Source: Balanoglossus misakiensis
Lineage: Eukaryota; Animalia; Hemichordata
DNA: 64,000 nucleotides
Assembly: GCA_040954595.2 (NCBI GenBank)
Contig: CM082596.2
Coordinates: 8,133,024-8,197,023 of the forward strand
Reading direction: 5' to 3'
In this document: one piece after another, positions 41,463-53,400 of the stretch
Layout: each line of letters opens with the position of its first letter
Numbering within the stretch: position 1 is the stretch's first letter
The notes under the pieces: model-generated
Seen by the model: only the letters and a program-made list of their open reading frames with translations
The model's database searches: none
Told to the model about the DNA's origin: nothing
Translations under genes and position numbers: made by a program

Positions 41463-44400
41463 CTACTTGATTGCAAGCATTTGTAGATCCAACACATGGC
41501 AGACATATTGGTGGATTTCCTTGGCTTTACTCTCTGCTATTCCAAGTGTCTTTTGAAGTCTCTCAGGTGAACTGAAAATACACAAAGCAGATCATATCAG
41601 ATGAAGCTTTCTGTTGAAAGGGATACAATCGCCCTTAAAGGGACAAAGTCTCTCTATCGCTGCCCCTTTTTCCATTAATTATGTTTGATACAAGACACTG
41701 TTTATGTTGTACTATATATGGATATATATGGATATATGGTGAATCAACGTTCAACCACACACAACTTCCGTCCCGTTTGTGGGATATGAGAGTAAAAATC
41801 TCACCATGAACGAATAAACGGTAGTGACCGATTATTCATTTTGGCGAGTTTTTCACTCTGGTGTCTACAAGTGGGATGAAAGCTGTGTGTGGTTGAACGT
41901 GGTTTCACTATATATCGACATATAGAATTACATAAACGGTGTCTTGTATCAAACATAATTAATGGAAAGAGGGCAGCGAGAGAGAGACTTTGTCCCTTTA
42001 ATTTACTTATGGCTGTATATGGTCAAAGGGAGAGGTGCACCGTAGACCAGATCTTTTGTTTATAATGGGCACGAAATTAGCAGTAGTCATATGCTCACTA
42101 CCAATTGCTCCCTTACTTACTACTAACTTTGCAAACTGGTAGTCACCACTGACTACCAGTCGGTGCGGCCATCACACCACAAAAAAAAAATGCAAAAAAT
42201 GTCCATAGGAACTAAAAAGTCTTTTATTGGAAATATACTGTAAAACACCTTCCGCGAGCAATAAACTTTCGTGAAATACGCGAGAGCCAAAATAGTGTGA
42301 AAATAAAAAGTTGCGTAAATTTTTTTTTAAGATAACAATGCAGTGAATGAAATAAGAGAACGCGAAAATTAATACTCACGAAACAGTGGCCTCTCTCGGT
42401 GTCCCTAAAATTTCAACTCGCGAAAATTAAGTGTTTTACAGTACTTCCACTTGTGTTGTTGTGACGCCATTGAAGCCATATAATTAAGTGAAAGGACAAC
42501 GTTACCTGTGAATCATATCAGTGATTGATGTAAATGATTTCAGCATCATCAAAGCTGTAATGTAACTGACTCTGGGAATGGAGGTGTACCATCTGAGAAC
42601 CTGTTCAACAAAGACATGAGAATGATTGGAAATAAATTCTAATATTGGTACATATAATAATATTAGATTTCTCAAAGTATTGTCTGAAAATCCATCACAA
42701 AAGACTGAGACAGCTGTAGAAGGAATTACAAGAGTAGGCATATCAAAAATAGCATCAAGGACACTGTACTCTCATTCGAAAGCTAATATTTGCACCAGTC
42801 AAATTTCACAATTGCTATTTACAGCTAACTATTTGATATTTGGTCCAAAGTACTGAAAGATTGACTCAACAAAATGTTTGGAACTGTTCATGCGTAACAA
42901 TTGGCTAATACACGACAAGCACACACTGAAAAACACTTTATTTTCGCGATATCGAGAGAGGCCACTGTTTCGCGAGTATTAATTTTCGCATTCTCTTATT
43001 TCATTCACTGTATCGTTATCTTCAACAAAAATTTACGTGACTTTTTATTTCCACGCTATTTTGGCTCTCGCGTATTTCGCGAAAATTTATTGCTCGCAAA
43101 AATAAAGTGTTTTACAGTAGTTAGTCCTGACATAAGAAATCACTGAATTCTGGAGATAGAATCTGAATATCAATGTATGGGTGATCCCATTACATTAAGA
43201 TAGGGGTGACGGAGTTTATATGTTTACCTGTTCCGTTGATGGACTCATGTGGGGGAGACCAATCAAAGCATTTCCCTTGCGCTGTTCCAGCTTGGCCAAG
43301 TCTGCCAAAATGGCTGCACTTTCATCTGAAGGAAGTCATTAAAGTGAAAATTATTCCTACCTTTACACTTACAAAGCTTCCCAGTCAATATAACATGTTG
43401 TTATTACTAAACTGCTTATAACTAATTTCATGTGGTGAAATTACAGTGCGGAATGAAAGCCTTGGGTTTGTGGTCAGACCAAGTATAATTTAAATATGCA
43501 AATTAGTGCAGTCACTTTTGAATACCTGTGGGTGGGATCCAGGTAAACCGCCTGCCCCAGCTTTTAAAGACAAATTACATGCTCTGTACGCTGGGCACTG
43601 ACAAAACAAAATACAGTATCTTGACTACATAATACTGACCTTGAGAATCACTGTAAATGACCTTGATGTGTGTGTCCGCTAATGCTGCTAGTGTACTGTC
43701 AATATATTTGCTTCTCACACTGTAAAATGGAAGCAAATAAATAAATAAAAATATGAATATTGTTATCTCTTCGTACAATTTTTAGCCACTTCACCTGAAA
43801 TTTCATGTACTGGTCTGTCTGTCTGTCTGTGTGTCTGTCTATGGACGGACAGACGGATAGATGTACACAAGTCAAATCCTGGAAAAGAAGCAAATCTAGT
43901 AGATGACAAGCAAATAGTTCTTACAGTGGTTTGGGCTTTTCGTCTTGTGGTTTGACTCTGTCTTTTTCGATGATAATACATGGTCTTTCATACATCTCAC
44001 ACAGATGACGGATTTTGTCCAACAACTTGGCCTTGTTAGCAACATTTGCAAAATCTTAAAAAGAAACAAAGCAAGTCATTAGCATCAACATTTCCATTGT
44101 GCTTAGACTTCACATACATTTTTAACTATCATCAGAATTGTTCAATGCAAATGAAATATGTTAAAACTGACAAAAATGACTGATCCATAAAGTCTGTGTG
44201 GAATAGATGTTGACATCAAAAGTAATTTTTGTACACGTTTGATATCATATAGGTGAGTTAAAAGGGACAAAAGTCTCTCTCTCGCTGCCTTTTTTCCATT
44301 AATCATGTTTGATACAAGACACTGTTTATGTTAATGTACATGTGGATATATAGTGAATCAACATTTGACCACAGACAACTTCCATCCAGCTTGTAGACAC

Positions 44401-47400
44401 GAGAGTGAAAAACTCGCCAAAATGAATAATCAGTCTCTACCATTTATTCATTTTGGCGGTATTTTTACTCTCATATCCTACAAATGGGATGGAAGTTGTC
44501 TGTGGTTGAATGGTCATTCACTACACATACATATGTACATTAACGTAAGTGTTTTTTTTTATCGAACATAATAAATGGAAAAAAAGGAGAGTGAGAGAGA
44601 GACTTTGTCCCTTTAAATGGGTATATATTTACAGGCTTCCTCTGACAGTGAGCTTGCTACTTTTGCCACTGGAGCATGATATCCTCCTAAAATGTCTCAG
44701 CTTAAAGGGACAAAGTCTCTCTCTCGCTGCCCTTTTTCCATTAATTTTGTTTGATACAAGACACCATGTTGATATACATGTATAGTGAATCAACGTTCGA
44801 CCACACACAACTTCCATCCGACTTGTAGACACGAGTGTGAAAAACTCTCCAAAATGAATAATCGTTCTTTACCATTTATTCATTTTGGGCGAGTTTTACT
44901 CTCATATCATACAAGCGGGATGGAAGTTGCGTGTGGTCGATAGTTGATTCACTATATATCCACATGTAGATCAACATGAACGGCGTCTTCTATCAAACAT
45001 AACTAATAGAAATAGGGCAGCGAGAGAGAGACTTTGTCCCTTTAATCTCAACTCACCTGCCCAAGCCTTTCTTTCAACGCCAATCCTTTGGCTGACGGCA
45101 TAATCACATCCAGTCAGCTGACATACCAACACCTCCACTTGATGTTTGCATCTCAGTGTGGACACAATATTGGATGAGGAGATTTCTCTGGAATCCACCA
45201 ATACCGCAGGTTTACCCGCCATCACAGCTGCTTCTCTTGACATTGCAGACTCAACTGGTCCACTCTGAATCAATAAAAATGCAATTATTATATTAAAAGC
45301 GCCTAGCTCGTCTCACGTGCATGCGCGTAACTTCCCAGGAAAATTTCCGTTTGATACATTCAAATAGTTGACTGTTTTCGCTTCCTTCCATATTTCATGC
45401 GCACCGTATAAGTAGATTCTGGTTTTGTCCCTCCTTTTCACCCAAGCTAGTGTCTTTTCCCGATCTCCGACACAGATTACGGTCGCCGCCATCTTCTCAG
45501 AGCACTGCCTTATGGGATTGACTGTTCACTAAACATCTGTAACCAGCGGCTACAGTTGGAACATGCGTGGGAGACGAGCTACGCGCTTTAAGTGCAACAG
45601 TGCCATAAATTATACAATTTCACATTCCCAAGGACCAGGGGCCATAGTTCTCACACAAGTTGGGGATTTTTGCTCCCATATGAGCCGCAGGTGAGTGTGG
45701 GACAAAATATCCCCAAAGAGTGAGTGAAATATGAACCCAGGTCCTTGGTGTGTGAGTTTCTCATACAGCCATAAATTAGCCAAAGTCGTAAAGAAACATC
45801 GGATGATTTACTGTGTAACTGTCGCCTGGCAGGTTGTGGTTTCTGTCCGTATAATACACATCGCGCCATTGGATAACATTTAAGAATTAAACACATTTTG
45901 TCATCCAATCAGTGCTAGTGTCATATACAGCTTTCGGTTCTGTGAGAGTGTGGGATCGATTTGTTCTCACACTCTGATCCAAGCAAGGGATAGTTTTGAT
46001 ATCTCTCACTATATATACCGTAGTTGCCCGGGTAAGAACCCCTGCTCGGACAAACGCCCCCCCCCCCCCCCCCTGGTTTTAGGGCCCATTTGTAGATCGA
46101 GGCCATATCCGGTCTAAAGCCCCCCCCCCCCCCCCCCCCCCCGGCCGAATATCCATTAAATTCTTGGAAATTTAATAAAGTGCAATGCAAAAAAGGCGGA
46201 TTTTCATCCCCAAAGTCACTAAAAGTGAAAAAAAAAATGTATGATGATTTACTTTCGCGCTGATTATCGTACCCACCGCGGCCGACTGGCCACGCTGAGT
46301 TATATATAGCCGCTCTAGAAAACATGACCTCAGACAGGTCCCTCGGGACCGTGCCTCGAATTCAACGATCACTCAGATGGACGCGCTGCCGCGTGTGAGG
46401 TCACCGGGGAGCTTTCCAAAGCGGCCGCGTGGAGCTGCTTCAGTCCGTCCTCGACGCGAAACACCCAACATTGGAAGATCCCGACTTGGACTCGGAGAAT
46501 GAACCACTCAAAAATTTGCATAAAAGTCGAGGTGGCCATCCCTCATTTGCATAAATCTCGAGGCCATATCCGGGCTAAAGCCCCCCCCCTGTTTTTTCGC
46601 TAATCTGTTGGCCCAGCACCCGGGGCTCTTACCCGGCAAACTACGGTAACTTCAGTTCTCGAAATCTATGAGCACAGTCACTGCGAGCTGTGATGCAGAT
46701 ACACACAAGATGTCACTGTACAGCACCTGATAGATAACACCAATTACATACCTCTCGATTCGCTTCATTGTTGCAAGTTGTATTCATTGGCAGTAATGAT
46801 ATGCTTTGTTGACGTGAATCACGTGATTCCAAAGACGACATCTTGTCAGCATGCTTATGAAGCCCTCTACTTTCTTCCATTTTCCTTTTAAACAAAAGTT
46901 GCTTTTCCTTCTGTCTTTTCAGTCTCTCTTCTCTTTGAAGCTGTTGAGTGACACTTGTGTCTTTGACTGTGTTCTTATTCAACAAGAACGTATTTGTTGC
47001 CAATGCCTGTCTGTCACCACCACTACACTGTTTCACAGCTGAGTTCAACGCACTTTTCTGAAGACACGCAGTCTGCGCTGTTCCGCTCACTTCATTCGAC
47101 CGTTCTTGCCTCGTCTTCAGGCCAGTGTTACTTTCCCATTTAGCATTCATGTCTAAAGTCTCCTTTGCAAGGCTGTGGCTGATGAAACGGTTAGCACTGG
47201 CTGCTGTGACTGGGCCACCATTATTCTGTTCCGTTCCGAAAGACGAACAAACAAAAGCCTCAAAGTCTTCCTCGTCGCTAGACGAAGAATCCGGTCGAAT
47301 TATTCTCCCTCCGAGCTTACTTCCAGGTTTTTCCTTCGTTCCCAGTTCCCTCGATCCGTACGCAAATCTCCCTCGAGTTCTCCTCTTCCCAGCCACTATG

Positions 47401-50400
47401 TTATCCGGATTGATTGTACATTCAAACGCACTGACTGCACTCCGGCTGTTGCCATAGAAACCATCCTCCTCCTCCTCCTCAACATTTCCAACCACAAAAC
47501 CATCTTCCTCGTAGCTCTGATCCTGTACAGGCACTTGTGAGAATATGCACATATCATCCTCCTCCTGATTTTTGTACACCATTTTGTATCTATTACCAAC
47601 AGCGTCACAGACTTCGGATTTCAGCCTTTCTTGATGCAGTGACTTGGCATAAACTTGTCTCATGCCTATATACAAATAATGAGGATAAAAGCACACATTT
47701 TGTAATATAAGACGAAAGGTTGAAATAGAATGAAGCCATTGCAATCAGCTGGTATAAACTGATTTGTGTACTTAAAGGCCAAACTTTCAAGTCAAGAAAA
47801 AAACACTAGTTTGTGTAGTCAATTCTATCAATTAAACCAATATTAGGTTTGAAATTCTTGGACCTGGTAAGATAGAGTTGGTACACACACACGTTCATCA
47901 GTGCAAACAAAATGGCTGACTGATACGAAGTTAGAAGAGACAGGTAGAAAGTTGAAATTGCTTTTGAATATTACTGTTCTGTACCATCTGGTGACACCTG
48001 GGTTGCATCATTGATGAATTCTTCCATAGAGGAGTCCATTTCATCTTCATTTTCATCCGACGAAAACTCATCAATATCACATGATACATCCGCCTCCTCC
48101 TCCAGAAATCCACGCACAATTTCAGAATCATGACGTACTTTCTTCTGTAAAAATATGAACACATGCAAAGTACTGTAAACCGGGAAATTTTCGTGAACGA
48201 TAAATTTTCACGAACTATGCGTGAGCAAAAAAAAAACGTGAAAATTAAAAGAGTAAAAATGTTTTCCGGTGAATACGATGCAGTGAAATACGAGAACGTG
48301 CCGCGTTACAAGTTGCCGCTTTTGATAACGCGAAAATGTCCCGTTTTACAGTATCTTTCAAAATATCACATCAACAGCTCTCATTTCTCTTGTTTTACGC
48401 AGTATTTATCCAAATCCACAAACCACCACAAAATATAACTCATGACAGTGTTGCTGTATTTACAGGAATTTACCTTTGTTTTCTTTTGTAATACATTAAT
48501 TTCCTTTGTGCCTTTACTGGTTTGGTATTTTCTTGCTTGGTGATTACCATCTTTGACGATAGAACCCGGAAAATCCCTTGGGGAAATGTGCTTTCGAGTT
48601 CCAGGACAGACTGGAGAGTCGAACTCATCCTCACTGTCAATTACAGAAGTGAATGGAGGCTGGAAAAAGACCAATAAGAAGAAAACAAATTGGATAATCC
48701 ACATTATAATATACCTCATGCTAATACTGTGTCGTGATTCGCCAGAATCCGTCACGTGATAGGAAAATAGAATCGACTATGAATCCCTCTAGGGAAATAG
48801 CAGAAAAAATATAAACCGGTCACATGACCAGCGTGAGTGCGCAGACTCGGTCACGTCAATCAGCGTCACGTCGTCTGACACAATGGCCACCGCGGAAGAT
48901 GTCGTCTGCCAACCTCAAGAGAAAATTGCAAGATTTTCCCAGCTGTTAGCATGAGGTTTATTATAAAACACCTATGGCCTGGCCTATATTCGGGCCAAAG
49001 CAGCTGTTTTTACCCCCTTGTGGCTGTGAGTTACCAGAATCATATGCTATTTCCCTCGGCCTACGGCCTCCGGAAATAGCATGTGATTCCGGTATCTCAC
49101 AGCCGCTCGGGGGTAATAAACGGCTGCTATGGCACTCATGGCCAGGCAATAGGTGTTCAATAGTCACTGGGAGCATATCAAATACAAAGTTTAAATAACT
49201 CTTCAGACTTCACATAATGTTGTTATACATGCAGTATATTTTCAAATACTGTAATCATGAGAATGCAGGAGTGAAATCTAATCAGACATAGGAAATAAAA
49301 CAAAACTTACAACTATGGTAGTTTGATCTGGTGTTCTTTTCCTGGTAACTGGCGTACATGTATCAGTTGACTTTCTGGTTACGGAACTGGGCGTCTCAGG
49401 TGACTGTAAAGCATGGACTTTCTTTCTTTTTCTTTTCCCAAACACAATGCTGTCATCTGAGTCGCTGTCGGTTGTTTTACATGGTGTCACTGCCAGAAGG
49501 CAAAAATCAGTACCAGTAGTAATGAATGTACACGAGATTGGATATAAAAATCAAATCCTATGTTTATAAATTATAAGATAATTATACCACTTACCTGTGG
49601 CCGATACTGGACTCATCACAGACAACATTCTGGTTGGTAACAGTTTCGCTATGGGAGTGCTGCATTTATTTGTGGTAAGCGTGTTAACACCTCTTCCAAC
49701 GGAAGCTGTTTGTGTATCATTGGTTGTTGTCCCAGGTGTTCTGGGAAAACCACCTGTCATTGCTACAGGAGAACCAATTGGTGAGCTGCTCTTCCTCCTC
49801 TTGTAGTCGTCCAACTTTACCTTGTCAACTGTCGGAGAGTAGCTTTTTCTCTTCACTCCATTTCTTTGTTGCACGCTGACACAGGTCTGGTCAGGGATAG
49901 AATCACACTCACTGCGCATGGCACCGCAAAAAAACAGTCTCTTGGATTTCACAGACAACTTATTCTGCCCGTTCATATTTTCCGGTCTTGTACTTATCAA
50001 TGCCAGGTTTGTGTGTTCTGATGTCTCCTCACTGTCCTCCTTAACAAAACCATTAAGGTGGCAATACTTTGGCTTGACTTTAGTAAATTGCACACTCTGT
50101 CGGTTGGCACCACAAGCTGTCGGCTGCATTACTTCTTTCCTAACCTGAGGGGTGATCTTCGGTAAATTTTGGTCCACTTTCTTGGCTTTGGAGAGCCTGT
50201 TGCTAAGAAACGACGGTCTTGTGTCTGAGCTCTCATCATTTGTATTATGATCATCATAATCATCACTGTTGCTCTCATCCAGGTCAGCAAAATTTAAGTT
50301 CAAATCAAAGATGGGGTCAAAGCCCTGAAAAGTCTGATTCTCTTTGTAATAGGCTTCTCTCCTTGCTTTGCATGCAAAACTTTCCCCATCCTCTTCACCT

Positions 50401-53400
50401 GTCGCTTTCATCGCTACATCAAAATCACTTCCGTTCTCTTTCCCCGTAGAACAACTCTTACCCGTCTCAGAACCTGCTGGATTCTCCTGTTTAGTGGAAC
50501 TAGTATTCAAAGTACTTAAGTCCTTAACCATCGTCTCCTCATCTTGTTTGCACGTACTTTTAACACATTCAGCGTTCATTTGCATCTTTGGAGATTTTTC
50601 AGCATCACCCACAAGCTTCTTCCCAATTTGCAGATGTTCGTCCCAACAACTTGAGACCTGCGGTGTTAGAACTTCAAAGCAGTCTGGATCTTCATCCTCA
50701 TCAATCGGATATGCTACTTCCTGGTCACATATCTTGTTATCCGTTATCAGCGCATTTCTGTCTTCTATATTTCTCTTTGACACACCCGTAACATCACCAG
50801 CTTTACCATCTTTCTCAAAATTAACCAATGTAACATCACTCTTTGACACACCGGTATTAATATCACCAGATTTAGCATCTATCTCAAAACTGTCGAATTC
50901 AACATCACCACCCCAATCTGTGTTATCATGCTGTACACTTGATTCACCGCCATTTGGTGAAGTTTTCCCATTGGTGCATTGAAATTCACCTCTCTTGGCA
51001 CTGTCTGTGATGTGCTGCAGTTTGCTTCTGTCAGACTCAGGGTCTGTCTCAGTCCTGCAAATGTCTGGCGTGGGGTCATCAATTGTGCACTCTTTATAAT
51101 TGACAATATCATCGCCACATTTATCAGTACAGTCATCCCGGGAGGTTGGCAGAGTGGTTTCCAGGGCGTCCAAATCATCGATGTCACTCAAGGCGTCCGG
51201 CGATGGCGGCAGTGCTACCAAACAGTCATCTCTCCTCCCGGCAGTTAGTCCGCCTTCAGGGTGCTGTTGCCGTGGATGTTGCGACAGGGACGGAAAGATA
51301 AACGATGGATCCAAGCAATCACTCGGTGACCTTTGACCTGTGCTGCTTTCATCGCGATTGTCAATCTGCTCTCTGTCGCTATTTGAACCCTCATCCATGT
51401 CATCCTGACAGGAGGTACCTTCTGTTCCTGTGACTCTTTTCCCACCACTCCCTTCACAAGGTGATGTCTTGTTCTCATTGTCTCTCGTCCGACAACTTGT
51501 CTCTCCATCAGATATCTTTCTCTTCTCCGTGTGCAGTTTATCATCACTGATGCTAAACATGTCCATTTGGAAATCACTGTCGGTTTCAATGCCTATGGGG
51601 ATTATGCCGATAGCCGCACTCTGCTTTTCTCTCTTCTTTGCATTCTTACATCCGCCACTGTTAGTCCGTTCCCGTTCTTTCACTTTCCTCGCGTCACCAC
51701 CGACATCGCTGTCATCACTGCTCTCCTCTGCGACCTTAGTTGTCTTCGTCTCAGCAAACACATCTGCTAAGTCACTATCATCGGACGATTCCACGATTAT
51801 CACAGCTTTTTTCTTTGTCTTTTTACGATTCTGCACGCGTTTCACATCTCCATTATCTCTCTGGCAGACATTCTCTGGAACACAGTACTGTTCGATGCCA
51901 ACTTGTCTCTTCTGACAGCCGGGTTGCAGAACATCATCCATGTTCAAATACGTCATCATCTCCAGACTGTAGTGGTCTTCATTCCCGATTTGACGCTGGA
52001 TGTCGATAAATTCCATCAAATCGACGAAACTGCAACACTGTTGCGAGTGTGAAATGAGTTTCGTTGGTTGTTTGGTGTTCTGCCACTCGGTCCATTCTGT
52101 TAGTGACACTTTGCCACCAGTATCTTCCACCTGTTGAAAGCAAGCGTACATACTAGTGTTACTGTTCTGTACATCGAACAGGTTTCCATTCTACCAGAGG
52201 TATTAAAGCTATATGGCCACCTCTAATTTAAAGGTATACAGTCACCACCAATTTACATACGCCCATATATGGCTGAAATGGCGTATTTGAGCATTCTAAA
52301 GAACATATGGTGGCGCTCTTTTTGTCGCGTGTGCCACCCACTGAAAATCTGTGATTGGCTAGATCTCAATTTGCCATGGTAACTATAGCTCATTTTCCAT
52401 CTAACTGTATACCTTTAACCATTTCACCCCCAGTTCCCTCTATAGAGGTCCAACCTTCACATACAAAACAACAGATTTGGACAGGACTGCCAAGTGTGCC
52501 TAAGTATGTATGAGACCCAATGCCAAGACAGTCAAAATACACATACAGAAAAATGGCACATACATATTTTAAGGGATTTGACACTCTAAACAGGTATGAC
52601 ACCCAGTAGCATTAGGGGTTAATGTTTCTTGTGGGTGTATGTTGAGGTAACTATATTTATTAGTGTAGGTTAATAATAGTCTAAACCACACAGTTTTGGA
52701 TGGCATGTTGCGAACCACTTGAAAGCTACGGTAGGGGTCAAATCTGAACAGCGCCTTGTTTCCAGTTCAAAACAGACTTCACTCCTCTTTTACTGAATAC
52801 TGAATTGTAGGTGTGCTAAGAACTGCTAAAAAAAATTGGGGGGGGGGGGGGGGGGGAGGGAGCAAACTTTGTTTTTTTATTATCAAGACAGTTAATGTCC
52901 AATAGCTGTTCATATAAATGCCTGACAAAGAATAAAATAACGGAAAAAGCCAAGCTGACACCATAACAAAGATATCAACAGTGGGCAACTTACATAATCT
53001 TTGCTGTCATCAACACTCCCAGTCCTCAAACTGATCATCTCTCCTCCAGTTGGAATTTCTTGGATCTTTCCACTCACTTTGTAATGTTCATTCCAATACT
53101 TGAATTCTTCCTCTGTGAGGAACCAACTCTCTTTTCTGCTCTTCTTGCCTGAAATTGAGGTGCACCATTTTCATTCCTCTAAATATGCGTGTATGAAGAG
53201 AAAAACAATCTGTGGTTTATTTTTTTCAATAGCGGAGAAGGGGAATGACATATTTTTTAACAATGTCCACTCAGTCAAAAAATCTTGTATTCTTTACTAT
53301 CAATCACGTGATCTGGCCATGCTGCTCCCATACCATCGTGTATGCACCAAGCCTTTAAAGGGACAAAGTCTCTCTCTCGCTGCCCTTTTTCCATTAATTA

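Noticed and set aside
49597-52009. Long plus-strand ORFs (up to 204 aa)
   Set aside because: Antisense shadows of FANCM exon 11.
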